Below are positions 51,577-63,708 of a DNA stretch of 64,000 nucleotides, one piece after another. Each line of letters starts with the position of its first letter. Position 1 is the stretch's first letter. The translations under genes were made by a program, and so were the position numbers. The DNA comes from Vicugna vicugna. Taxonomy: Eukaryota. The notes under the pieces were generated by a model that did no database searches, had not been told where the DNA came from, and saw only the letters and a list, made by a program, of their open reading frames with translations. The stretch spans positions 5,801,741 through 5,865,740 of the forward strand of contig MU058636.1 of the NCBI GenBank assembly GCA_013265495.1, given 5' to 3'.

Positions 51577-52398
51577 GTAATGGATTGAATTGTGTCTCCC
51601 CCAAATTATGTCTATGTCCTAACCCCCAGTACCTGTGCATGTGACCTTATTTGGAAATAGGGTCTTTATTTACTTATTTATTTATTGAATGAAATATTCT
51701 TTAAATTCTATAGTGCTTTACAGTTTTCGAAAGCTTCATACAAGATTTATATAGTCCTCTACTAACCCTTTATCCCCCCACCTCTATGTTGCTCCTCTCC
51801 CCTTCCCTCTCCCCACTGGTAACCACTAGTTCTATGTCTGTGAGTCCACTTCTTTGTTGTTTTATTCACTAGTTTGCTGCATTTTTTAGGTTCCACATAC
51901 AAGTGATATAATACAGTATTAGTCTTTCTCTGATTTATTTCACTTAGCGTAATACCCTCCAAGTCCATCTATGTTGCTGCAAATGGCAAAGGAAATAGAG
52001 TCTTTATACATTAAATTAAGTTAAAGATCTCCAGATGAGATAATTCCTGGATTTTGGATGAGCCGTAAATCCAATTATTAGTGTTCTTATGAGAAAAAGG
52101 AGAGGGAGATTTTAGGCATACAGGCAGAGGAGAAAAACCAGAGGGAACAACAGGGGTAGAGATCGTAATGATGCATCTAAAACCAGGGAATGCTAAGGAT
52201 TGCCAGCAGCTAGAGGAAGAGAAGCTAGGAGAGAGGCATGTAGTAAATTCTCCCTCTGAGCCTCCAGAAAGAGCCAGCCCTGCTGACAACTTGATTTCAG
52301 GCTTCTGGCCTGAAGAACTGTGAAAGCAAACATTTCTGGTAGTTTTATGCCACCAAGTTTGTGGTAATTTGTTACGGCAGCCCCAGGAAATAAACACA
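51577..52398 (+). mobile_element. MaLR LTR (MLT1B/C-type), split by an L1
   Basis: 'tgtaatggattgaattgtgtctccc...gtgaccttatttggaaataggg' then 'ttctccctctgagcctccaga...gtttgtggtaatttgttacggcagccccaggaaa'. Confidence 0.85.
51670..51990 (-). mobile_element. 5'-truncated L1 3' end (Laurasiatherian-type tail)
   Basis: 17-bp TSD with one mismatch: ggaaatagggtctttat (51653-51669) and ggaaatagagtctttat (51991-52007); L1 3'UTR motifs. Confidence 0.85.
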
Positions 52399-52406
52399 GT
52401 TGCGTA

Positions 52407-52830
52407 TAGCATGCCTTGTTTTATTGCACTTTGCAGGTACTGCGTTTTTTTACAAACTGAACGTTTGTGGGAGTCCTGCATCGGGCAAGTCTGTCCATGC
52501 CATTTTTCCAACATTTGCTCACTTCATGTCTCTGTGTCATATTTTGGTAATCCTCCCAAAGTTTCAAATCCTCCACTAGCAAAAAGATTATGACTCGCTG
52601 AAGGCTCAGATGATGGTTAGCATTTTTTAGCAATAAATTACTTTTAAATTAAGATATGTAACTTGATTTTTTTTAGCCATAATGCCATTGCACACTTAAT
52701 AGACTGCAGTATATAGTGTAAGCATAACTTTTATATTCACTAGGAAACCCCCAAATTCGTGACTTGCTTTATTGCTATATTCATTTTATTGCGGTAGAGC
52801 CAAACCTGCAAGATTTCCAAAGTATGTCTG
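52407..52830 (+). mobile_element. Internally deleted Tigger1 (TcMar-Tigger) element
   Basis: Left end 'gcatgccttgttttattgc...ttttttacaaactgaacgtttgtgg' joined at ~52568 to right end 'cctccactagcaaaaagattatgactcgctgaaggctcagatgatggttagc...agtatgtctg'. Confidence 0.85.
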
Positions 52831-53192
52831 TTATGTTTTAAATAAACTTTCTTTTGTTGTGTCTGAAAGTTTGCAGAACAAGGCATCTTGTTACTTTGCA
52901 GACCACTATGGAAATAAATTACTTTTAAACTAAGATATGTAACTTGATATTTTTTAGCCATAATGCCATTGCACACTTAATAGACTGCAGTATATAGTGT
53001 AAGCATAACTTTTATATTCACTAGGAAACCCCCAAATTCGTGACTTGCTTTATTGCTATATTCATTTTATTGCGGTAGAGCCAAACCTGCAAGATTTCCA
53101 AAGTATGTCTGTTATGTTTTAAATAAACTTTCTTTTGTTGTGTCTGAAAGTTTGCAGAACAAGGCATCTTGTTACTTTGCAGACCACTATGG
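52632..53192. repeat. Tandem duplication, period 281 bp, 2 copies
   Basis: 52632-52911 versus 52913-53192; I see only 2 substitutions by eye. Confidence 0.95.
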
Positions 53193-53324
53193 GGCACTAT
53201 AATCTGTATCTCTGGGAAGTAGCCTTTGAATGGTCTTTCACGAAAGCTTCCGTAGGCTCGACTGCATTAGAGGGTTTCCTTTGGGGAATATTGGTGACAA
53301 CTTTAAGACTCAGCAAAAGAATCT

Positions 53325-53344
53325 CAGCCACCTGGGGGCTACTT
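53325..53344 (+). promoter_or_regulatory. CTCF-like motif
   Basis: CAGCCACCTGGGGGCTAC compared with consensus TGGCCACCAGGGGGCGC. Confidence 0.45.
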
Positions 53345-53842
53345 GAAAACTCTACTTTCCCATTTAGTAACACTTAACATTCTTAGGGGAAAAAACCATT
53401 TAGTAACTACTTCCCTGGGAAGTAAAAGCAAATTTTCTTTGAAATCATTGCTTGTCACAGCTGTTCTTTATTCAGTGGTTCTGTAATATTTTGATTTTAA
53501 TGTGTCATATAAAAATTGTACTTCAAATTACTAATAAGATAAGTGAAAGCAGAGAGAAGGTGAGGGTGAAAGTCTCTGTTCTTCACTGTTTACACCATTC
53601 ACAAAGGGCTTCAGCTATAATATGAAATTTATGATAGATAAGATAAAAATTTAGGAGCGATGTTATTTAAAATGCATTTGACCTTTCAGAGCTCTGTAAA
53701 TAATGTTATTATTATTTAAACTTTACCATTATTTAGTCATTTAAACAAGAAATTTTAGAAACATTCTTGACAACTACTCCTCTCTACCCCCAGATTCCCA
53801 TCTAAGTATCTTCTAGATATCTGTCCTTAGTTACAGTGTCTT

Positions 53843-54402
53843 TTTAAAAAAAGAATTATTGAAGTATAATTGATTTACAATGTTGTGTTAGTTTCTGGCA
53901 TACAGCAAAGTGATTCAGTTATACATACACATATAAATAACTTTTTCATATTCTTTTCCATTATGGTTTACTATAGGACACTGGCTGTAGTTCCCTATGC
54001 TGTACAGTAGGATCTTGCTGTTTATCCATTTTATATATATTGGTTTATATCGGCTGATTCCAAACTCCTAATTTATCTCTCCCCCACACTCTTTTCCCAC
54101 TGGTAACCAAAAGTTTGTTTTCTGTGTCTGTGAGTCTGTTTGTTTTATAAATAAGTTCATTTTTAGCATACTTTAGACTCCACAGATAAGTGATATCATA
54201 TGGTTTGTCTTTGTCTGATTTACTTCACTTAGTATGATAATCTCTAGGTCCATTCATGTTGTTGCACATGGCATTATTTCACTCTTTTATGGCTGAGTAA
54301 CAGTCCATTGTGCATATATAGTATATATATACACTATACCTTTATCCACTTGTCTGTGGATGGAAATTTAGGTTGCTTCCATGTCTTGGAAATTGTAAAT
54401 AG
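53843..54402 (-). mobile_element. 5'-truncated L1 3' end, inserted in an L2-like remnant
   Basis: L1 3'UTR motifs; 15-bp TSD with 2 mismatches: tagttacagtgtctt (53828-53842) and tagttgcactgtctt (54403-54417). Confidence 0.85.
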
Positions 54403-54674
54403 TAGTTGCACTGTCTTAGAGAAGGCTTGTGTAATCCCATGGCTAGACATTCACAGTATGTTTCTAACTGGTCTCCCAGCTTCATTGTCTATTTGTTCCA
54501 ACTCACTGTCCACACTATTTCCAGATTATATTTTTTTCTAAAACAAGTCACCAGTGTCTTGCAAATGTGAATACACATTGCTCAGCATAGGACAAAATAC
54601 CTTTTTCTTACCTGGCACTGATTTAGTTCTCCATCATTTCTCACCACTTCCTCAGCTTCACTCTGTGCAGGATT

Positions 54675-55192
54675 TGGCAGATGCTGGTAGTTACCTACTG
54701 AACATCTAATTTCTCCTTTTTTCTTATTCTTAGAACTCCAATTTATTTTGGAGCATCAGTATGCTCAGTTTAAGAAGAAAGTATATTTCTCAGCCTCATT
54801 TTATCCAGGAATCATCATCTGATACAGTTCTGGCCACTGAGATGTGGCCAGTTAATTGCCCAATCCGAGGTTCTGGGAAGAGTTTGGTTTCTTGAAATAG
54901 TGTCCCTGTTTTCTCTTCACTAGTTCCTTTTTCTTTTTCTTTCTGCCTGGCTCAGTGGATTGAAGCCTGGAGGTAAAGTAGCCTTTTTTCACCATGAGAC
55001 AAACAAGATCATAGCTACCTGCTACAGATGGTGGTGCAGAGAGATGAAAGGAACCCACGTATGGATGGCAGACAGAATGGCTGCTGCACCAGTCCTGCCT
55101 TTGTGTGTGTGTGAGAAAAATCAGTCCCTATTTGTTTATGCCACCAAGTCAGGTCATTTTTACATGTGACCAAATGCAATCCTAGCAGACAC
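54675..55192 (+). mobile_element. Old MaLR LTR (MLT1J/K-type)
   Basis: 'gatacagttctggccactgagatgt', 'gcctggaggt...agcc...ttcaccatgag', 'tgtgagaaaaatcagtccctatttgttta'. Confidence 0.6.
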
Positions 55193-56606
55193 AGCCATCA
55201 ACAATATATCATTCATCTTTTCTTGAATAAATCTTTGCTATCAAGCCTCTGTGTTAGTAGATCCCTCTGATGGCCTAGAAGATTCCTATTTATCATGTAG
55301 GGCCCAATGCAAGTAGTACCACCTCCAGGATGCATTTTGCAACTTCCATCCCCAGCTGACAGTCAGCAAGGAACCAGGGACCTGAGTTAAATTAGCTTTC
55401 ATTTTATTTATATACCCAAGTTCAAAGGTGGATGCATCAGGCTTATTGCATACCATTATAAACCATGTTCTGATTTGAATCATTGCTTTTTTTATCTAGA
55501 ATTTTTAAAAACCCACTTTACTTAGATTGTATCTAGTTTTACCAGTGAAATGCAACATAGAAATTGCAGGTCCAATTTTTTTTCAGTAATAGCAAAATTA
55601 TGAGTAAATTTGAGATACTAATGGTTCCTAGGGAATTATCTAAAATAGAGATGTTTTCAAACCCATAACCCATGAATAAACAGAACGGTTTTTTGAAACT
55701 GTGTTTCTAATGACTAATATTTAAAAGCACCATGGGACAGGACATGATAATTCAAAATCACCTCTATAGGTAAGTAGTTCCTAAAAACGTAATCATTCCT
55801 CCAAGTAGCGGGAAGAAAGGATGAAGAATTTAGTAGAATATTTGAATAAATGTATCAGAGACATAAAAACAGTATAAATAATACGAGGAAAATCAGTGGG
55901 GTTCTGCTAGAAGTTATTACTAATCTTTGCACTTTAACCTGTATAATCACATTGTTTATAATAAAAGCCTTTTATAATTATTGGCTGTGACATATATTGT
56001 CCAACTCTTAAAATAAATGAAATGGAAGGGATTTCTGAACATTTTCATTCCAGAAATGGAACAGAGAGTTGGATTCCAAATAACGGATTATTGAGGAGAT
56101 AAATTACTAAAGACTCAGATGTGCTTTGCTTTACATCTCTGTGTATCAGTTGTGGACAGGCTATTATTTACAGAAAATGTGATTGGTCTTCAAATGTGGA
56201 AAGTACAGATAAATGTGTTTCCTTAAATTACACATTTTTGTAAACCAAACAAGCAAAACTCCATTAACCTGTTAAACCAGAGTGAGCCTTTCAGATAACA
56301 GCTATCAGCTGCTGGGAATCCCTAAGATTAGGAGGCAGGGAATACTTGCATCAATGGCCATCAAACGGACTACTCCCTTCTTTTAGTCAGTTGTTTCAGT
56401 TTCTGTTTGCGCCAGAGTTTTCACTCCAGTGTTAAGAAAGGGGAAATAGATCAGATACTGCATGATCTGAGTTTTTGGTTTGTTTCTTCTCTTTCTGAAC
56501 ATTACAAGCTAAGCAGAGTTTGCAAGCCAAGGAAGCAGGCTGAATGTGGCCTGCAGATTAGTTCTGTTGGCCCAAGCAATGTCCTTGTTTTTCTCAGCAG
56601 ATTTTA

Positions 56607-56700
56607 CAAAAAAAAAAAAAGAAAGAAAGAAAGAAAAGGAAGAAAGGAAGGAAGGAAGGAAGGAAGAAAAAGAAAGGAAGGAAGGAAGGAAGGAAGGAAA
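56607..56700. repeat. A-run followed by (GAAA)n/(GGAA)n purine microsatellite
   Basis: aaaa...gaaagaaagaaag...ggaaggaaggaaggaag. Confidence 0.95.
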
Positions 56701-58149
56701 TAATCTGGACTGGGACTTCTCTCAAAACACATGAAGTTCTATCACGGGTGGTCCAGGATCCCACTTGTGGGTGACCAAGCGAAGCGGAAGGCTGCCACCC
56801 TCTTTTGGTGGGAAGAAAGTTCCTGCCTTCTCTTTCTGTTTTATTCTCCCAAAGCTTAGATCCTGCACTTGCCTACACAGCTCCTGCTGGCATTTTGCTT
56901 TGTAGCTCCTGTGAAGACGAATGGGTGTTGGGAGGGAAGCCGTAGTGATAAAAAAATACAGAAGAAAAAAATTTCTAACTCTATCACTTAGATCTTCATT
57001 CAAGAGGAAAAATGAGAATTGTTAGTACTAATGCCACTTCAAAACAAATACATTTATTTTAATGGATTTTATGTACAGCAACTAAACTGCAAGACAGGGA
57101 AAAAAGCTTTTTGGTTTGCTGAGATTCCTTTCTGTACCTCATCTTTGTTGGGTTTTCTTTTATGAAGTTGGATAAGAAGTATTGAAACAAAGAAATAATT
57201 GTTAATTTACCATAAATGTGTTTATCTTTCTACGTGTACTATGTCAGGGTTTTTCTGTCTTATTTAGTCAATAATGTACAAAATGAAAAAAGTATATCTT
57301 CATCTTTAATGTCTTTGACATTTTAACGATGATGCTTTAAATTCTGATTAAAAGGTAGAAATCTTAAGTACAGAATAAATAAGTCAATGGATGAATGATC
57401 TCTCTAAACTCTTTGTAATTCTTGAAGTCAAAATAGCTGCATTTAGGTTTACGTTTCATGCTTTTGAACCATTTAAACTCTCCTCTTCCTATCTCCCTGT
57501 TTTTGTTAATTACACAGAGCACACTGATACCAGCTCACAGAGAGCAATGCACAAGTCTCAAGGAATATAAAACTTTAGACCATCTGGAAATAGATTTTTC
57601 TTTTAAACCCAAAGATAGGAATATAGTTATTCAACTTCCACCAAGAATGAATAAGTAAAACATTGTGTCAAACATTTAGAGCTGGAATTGAATCATAGGA
57701 CGTTGGAGTTGAGAAGAACCAGCTTAATCCTGTAATGTTACCTGTGAGGTAACTAGAGGAAATTCAGGAGACAGACCAAAAAGTCCTTCCGAAAACCCTG
57801 GAGGACCACCTAGCGCAGTCTCTTCAATGGCCTGTCCGGCCTCCTCTCCTGCCTTTCTCCTCCCTGTTGACTCCTCTCAGGACAACACAGCTTTCAGTAT
57901 GAGCTCAGAAGCTTCCCTATTCAGGGCGCGTGCAAATTTTGGTCCTTTATCCTAAATTACACTCTCCTTCTCTGGCCGATTCCGCTGCCCCAGCTTTATT
58001 CTGAGGGTTACTCTTCCAAAGAAACCTGTCTCGACCTTGCTGATTTGGTGGGTCTCCCTAGAAATCCCATTTAAAGCTATTAGCAAAATAATTAACTTCA
58101 ATTTGTGTAGCAGTAGAGGCCAGTACGTTCTTTGGGTTCACTTTGTATT

Positions 58150-58925
58150 AATCACTGTGTTGTTTACTTAATTTTTACTTTTATCAAATTACATCCTGAA
58201 AAATGTCAAAGGTTCCACAGAGCTTTTTATGAAAAATAGCAGCCTTGTCCCCAGCCTCTGCCCTACCATTTCATTTCTCCTTCCTGGAGAAAACACTTTC
58301 AACTATTTGTGTGTGTGTGTGTTGGTATTAACTCCATATTTGTTGATAAAATACTAATACTTATTTTTCTTGATATTGAAACTTTGACTATTGCTTGTCT
58401 ACTATGGGAAAATGAAGTCATATTCCTCTTACATCACTGACCTCTCACACGTAAACACACTTTTCCTCTTGTCATCTTCCCAGTGCATTTATGTAATAAT
58501 TTCTGGTTAGGTAAATATATGGTGTTTATATTATTTTGAATATGTAATTATTATGTACAGTTGAGTCACATGATATAATGTTATAACATTTTCTGTCTTA
58601 TGTTCTATACATTCCTTGTATATAATTTTTATGTTTGCTGCTCTTAGTAATTATCTTGTTTTCTCTTTGGTTAGTTTTTAATGTACCTACTGCTCATTTA
58701 TGCCCAGACGCTCTTGCATGTGTGTAAATCTCAACTCAGTATGTATGAACACATCAGATACTAGTTTCGTCTTCTGGAGATGGTCCTCCTCCTGCTCCAG
58801 CATGAACAGGTCATTTTGCAAGCTTGCTCTGTCACTGTTACCCGGGACTGTCCTGCGCTGTTGCCTAGAATGCCCTCTTGCTCTCTTTTATTGTGGGATC
58901 GCCTGTTTCTAGATCTCTCTTTCAG
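58150..58925 (-). mobile_element. HAL1/L1M-type ancient fragment
   Basis: 'aaacactttcaact', 'tatgtacagttgagtcacatg' and 'gggatcgcctgtttctagatc' resemble HAL1. Confidence 0.45.
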
Positions 58926-60164
58926 AGGCCACAGATTAATCATCTTTAGAACATCAAGATGAAGTATTATCAGTGACAAGAGCAACAGAGCCTCAAAGAA
59001 ATAAAGGCACTGTCTTCTTTTTTTCCCAGATATTTAATCACATTTTGTGTTTTTAAAGTTATAATCGGTTTTTTATGCCATTTTGTGTAAAATAAATTCT
59101 CCCTTTTAACATCTTTGACTGGCTATTTTTAGTCTTAATATATTACTTTTCAAGAAGGTAGCAAGGGCAGTTGAAGATGTGTTACATATATAACACAGTT
59201 AAATCATGCAGAAAAAAGTGTTTTTTTGCTTTTGAAATTACAGCTACATATATAAAGCATTGAGTAAAATGAGTGATAGATTTGTAATGTGCTCAAGTGG
59301 AACAAGTTATATTTTATGATTTCCAAGACCAATAAGATGAAATCCACAGAATTCAAATATGAGCTTAAATACTTATAACTAGCAATCCCAAACAGAATCT
59401 TAGCCAAGATTTTTTCAAAATTGACAGTCTGATTCTAACATTTACATGAAAATGCAGAGGATAAAGACTGGCAAATGCAACGTTGAATAAGAAGGGAAAA
59501 AAGACAAACTGCCGGAAATCAAGAAGTCTTATAAAGCTGCAATGATCAGGACGGTGTGGTATCTGTGCCTGGATAGACACATAGACCAATGGAAAAGAAC
59601 AGGGGATTCAGAAACTAATCCCATGTTTCTGGTCACCTGGTTTATGACAGGGTTATCCTGGAGCACAGTGGAGAAAGGCCTTTTCAATAAATAGTGCTAA
59701 CTAAATATTCAAATGGAAAAAAAGATCTTGACTCATGCCATGTAAAATACAAAAAATCAATTCCAGTGGATTTAAAATCTAATGTGAGAATAAAACAAAG
59801 TTTAAAAAAAAAACACCCCACAGGAGAACATCTTCATGACTTTGGAGTAGGCAAACTTCTTTTTAAAACACTATGCAGTAAACTACAGTAAAATTAAGAA
59901 TATTCATCAAAAGAAATCATTAAGGGAGTTCAAAGCCAAGTCACACATAGAAAATAGATATTTACAATACAGTGTTTGAAAAGAAAGAAGTCAATAAGAG
60001 GAGCCAATCTAGTAAAAAAAAAAAAAAAGAAAATTAGCAAAAAATTCCTTGAATAGCCCTTTACAAAAGAATATTCTGATCTCCAGTAGCCACATGATAA
60101 AATGCTCAACACCATTAACCATCAGGATAATTAAAAGCATAAACCTACTAGAATGGCTAAAATT

Positions 60165-60905
60165 AAAAAAGCTTGCTGGTTGATGAGGACGTGGAGGCAT
60201 TGTAACCTTTGTGCATTGCTGGTGGAAATGTAAAATGGTGCCGCTGTCATGAAAAACACGATGGTGATTATGTAGAAGATTGAACATAGAACTACCGTAT
60301 ACTACAGCAATTCCACCTCTGGGTTGATACCCCAAAGAATTGGAATCAGAAGCTTGAATAGATATTTACACACTAATGTTTACAGCAGCATTATTAACAG
60401 AAGCCAAAAGATGAAAACAACCCAAATGTCTATTGATGGCTAGTGGATAAACAAACTATGGTATATACCTACAATGGAATATTATTCAGCCTTAAAGGAA
60501 ATGAAGTGTTTTTTTAATGGAGGTACTCGGGATTGAACCCAGGACCTCATGCACGCTAGGCATGTATGCTACCACTGAGCTATACCCACTCCCCAAAGTT
60601 CTGATATGTGTTACAACATTGATGAACTTTAAAGGCATTGTAGTAAATGAATTAACCAGACACAAAAAGATAAATATTATATGGTTCCACTTATAAAAGG
60701 CACCTAAATTAGTCAAATTTATAGAGAACAGAAAGTAGAAGCACTGGGAGTTACTTTTAATAGGTGCAGAGTTCCAGTTTGGGATGAAGAAAGGTTCTGG
60801 AGATGGATGGTGTTGATGAATGTTCTTAATGCTACTGAACTGTACACTTTAAAATGGGTCAAATGGTAAATTTTATGTTAAATATATTTTACCACAATAC
60901 AAAAG
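60165..60905 (+). mobile_element. L1MB-type 3' end nested in the older L1M
   Basis: 'gcattgctggtggaaatgtaaaatggtg', 'cagcaattccacctctggg', ending 'aatggtaaattttatgtta...ttttaccacaat'. Confidence 0.75.
60509..60594 (-). mobile_element. tRNA-Ala-derived SINE (camelid Vic-1 type)
   Basis: Minus strand reads GGGGAGTGGGTATAGCTCAGTGGTAGCATACATGCCTAGCGTGCATGAGGTCCTGGGTTCAATCCCGAGTACCTCCATTAAAAAAA, with A box TAGCTCAGTGG, B box GGTTCAATCCC and an A tail. Confidence 0.85.
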
Positions 60906-61200
60906 AGGTTTGTTGTGAAAGATATGAAATTCGTAACTTTTATTCTTTGCTGACGAGTGTGTAAATTGGTACAAATATTTTTGAAAACTCTTGTTTAGTA
61001 TCTACTGCAACTGAATATAAGCCAGCCTACCCTTATCACTCAGGAATTTCATTCTTAGTTGCACGTATCCAATGGAAATTAGTACGTATCCCATATATGT
61101 ACAAGAATGTTCAGCAGTATTATTTTTCCTAACCAAGATATGGAAACAGCCCAAATGTCCAACAACAAAACAATGGATAAATAAATTAAGATACATTGAT

Positions 61201-61330
61201 CAGGACTGGCTACATAATTTACAGGGCCCAGGACAAAATGAAAATGCAGGTTCCTTGTTAAGAAATTATTAAGAATTTCACCATTACACCAAGCCAAAGG
61301 CTATGTGGCACTGCACTGGTGACATTCCTT
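61201..61330 (+). mobile_element. MER45-like hAT-Tip100 element
   Basis: 'caggactggctacataatttacagggcccaggacaaaatgaaaatgc...ttgtta...aattattaagaatttca'. Confidence 0.7.
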
Positions 61331-63439
61331 CCCATGAATGCTACATATAACAAATGGATGAATTTCACAGATATATTATGAGTAAAAGAAGTCTGATACA
61401 AAAGAGAATATGCTATACAATTTCATTTACATGCAGATTAAGAACAGGGAAGATAATATACAATGGTAGAATTTAGAATAGTGGCTACTCCAGGGGATGT
61501 ACTGAATGGGAAGGAGCATGAGAGAGCCTTCTAGAGTGGTGAAATTGTTCTGTATCTTGATCTGGATTGTGGTTCCTGGATGTATACAAGTGTAACAACA
61601 TAAATGACAACTCTTGTCAGACTGAATTTGAACACACCCATGGTGTCTGCTGCTCCTACCTTCCGTCCCTGTCTCCCAGGCGCAGATCTGAATCTTGCGT
61701 TCTGGCTCCTGTTTGGATGGGTGGTGTTGCTTGGACCTATGGCTCAGAGAGCAGTGGAGGAAGACCCTTCGTGCTGGCATGTTCTCTGATTCACAGCATC
61801 CACTTTTCCATTGTCCACTGTCAACAGCTGCCATCCTGAGACACTCATCAGAGCCAGAGACAGCAGCCATGCCAGTTCACACCCAACACCCTCAGAAACC
61901 TATCTAGGATATGTAGGTCACGAGCAAAAGTGCCTCACATAACCAACCCCCCCGCATGCTGTAGTGCACCACAGCTGTACTTTGCCTTCTTTTTCAAAAT
62001 ACATTATTTCAGAGACACTCCTGTTTTCAAATAATCGATAGATTTACCATAAGAAAAGAAATATGGATTTAGAAGGAAAACAATCTTCATATTAAAAATA
62101 AAATAAAATCAGAACAAAATTTACTCTAGTGATGGAGGTCATTCAGTTAGCACATACTCTTGACTGGTGACAATTGGCTGCAGCGTCCCTCACCATAGAG
62201 TGGACGCACAGCGCTTGAATTCTTGGATTTCCTTTTTGAAGCAATGCACAGTGTCAACACTACTGGGGCCAAGGGGCACCAGCCAAAGAACCGGCTGCCT
62301 CCCCACTCAGCTTGAAAACTCCAGGCATGTTTAAGGAGGTGCCACTTTGCCTTTTTTGATTCAATGTCTCTGATATATCATGGCTATTATTTCTATTATA
62401 ATTATCTTTATAAAAATTCAATTTAATATCCTAGGATAATTTTAAGAGTGTGTGCAAATTTAATATGGAAAGTACAAACCAACTATTACCTATTTTCCTG
62501 GAGAATAAGATAATAAATGGATAAGGAGATAAGGAAATAGATAATAGATAAGAAACAATGGTAGGATTCTTGTGCTTTGACAGCATGGGCACTGGCGGCA
62601 TCCTGCTTAGCACACAGGCCCAGTATAGAACTCTGTGTGTGTGTGCAGTGGGGATTACCATCCTCTAGGAAGAGACCCTCAACCAACAGGGATGGGAGCC
62701 TAGGAGAAATCACTGTTCAAGATTTTCTCCAGCTTACCACTTAATTTTATTTCTAAAGCACAGAGAAGGATCTGCCTATTGATCCTGCTTCAAATGAGGG
62801 ATGATAAGGAATGCTATATTAGAGTTGTAATTACCAATTATAATTGATCACTGCCAATCAGAGAACAAATGATAAGAAAAAGGGCCAGAACACTTACTCA
62901 GTTTTAAATAGAGGCTAGGGTACCAGCAAAATTTTCTGGGCATGCCCTCTGAGAAGGAAGGTCCAGATCTGCTCAGGCATATGAAAAAAAAATGCACAAG
63001 CATGGGGGTGAAGCCAAAGTTATAATTTTTTTTACTATTGTTTTGAATAGAGAATAAAGAAGTAAAACTACACATATATCCTTAAGTAATCTCTTAGCCT
63101 TTTGAGATCATTAAATCTCTGCCTCAGTACTTCTCTTTAAAGAACCAAAATTAGATCCAGTCTTGAGAAGGACCTTACTCCTGATTCTAGCAAGGACTGA
63201 TTATAAGTTTGCCTCAGAGGGATGCATTGGGATGAACTGCCAAGGGTTGGAGCAGAAGAGCCCAGGACTTTTGGACAGTTTGGTTGGTTCTTCCTAGTCC
63301 TCAGTTACAGGTACAAGATGGAAGATACCTCATTTTTGTTCAGATGACTTCAGTGCAGATTTAACCTTCATGTGTTCTTACTATTTCTGTATTATGCCCC
63401 TCATCCTGCATCACTGTGAATGTCTTTTCTCAACAAAAT

Positions 63440-63575
63440 GTAACCACTATTTATTGCGTGCCTTCTATATGTTAGGTGTTTACATTATCTCCTTTAATCT
63501 CCAAGTAAGCCAGGCAAATCAGGTTTCATTAACCCTGTTTTGAACCGAGGAACCTGAGTCATTAAATGATTGGCA
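63440..63575 (-). mobile_element. MIR fragment
   Basis: 'tatttattgcgtgccttctatatgttaggtg...attatctcctttaatc...gaggaacctgag'. Confidence 0.55.
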
Positions 63576-63708
63576 CTGTGGTTTGCTGGCCACTGTTATA
63601 TATTCATACCTTTTTCTCTGAATACTTCTTTATATTCTGGCTCTCCTCTGAGGATCCTACTTCCTCTGCAGCCATCTCTAACATCCTATATATTCAAGCA
63701 TCTGGAGT

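Larger units (their letters stand above)
59330..61635 (+). mobile_element. Old L1M (ORF2 remnant plus 3'UTR) with nested insertions
   Basis: 'ctgattctaacatttacatgaaaatgcagagg', 'atagacacatagaccaatggaa', 'cttttcaataaatagtgct', 'ggaaacagcccaaatgtcca'. Confidence 0.75.

Noticed and set aside
51670..51765. Possible L1 3' transduction of MIR-like sequence (tatagtgctttacagtttt)
   Set aside because: The minus strand 'aaaactgtaaagcactatagaatttaaagaat...ttcattcaataaa' matches, as I recall, the normal 3' terminus of a Laurasiatherian L1 subfamily.
52011..52514. Longest ORF (167 aa, minus strand)
   Set aside because: Runs across the non-coding Tigger1 left end and an MLT1 LTR; fortuitous.
60509..60594. 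Functional tRNA-Ala gene
   Set aside because: The acceptor and anticodon stems are disrupted, it has an A tail, and it sits inside an L1, so it is a SINE copy.
61427..61870. 147-aa minus-strand ORF
   Set aside because: The C-terminal half is antisense L1 3'UTR and the N-terminal half has no recognisable homology.
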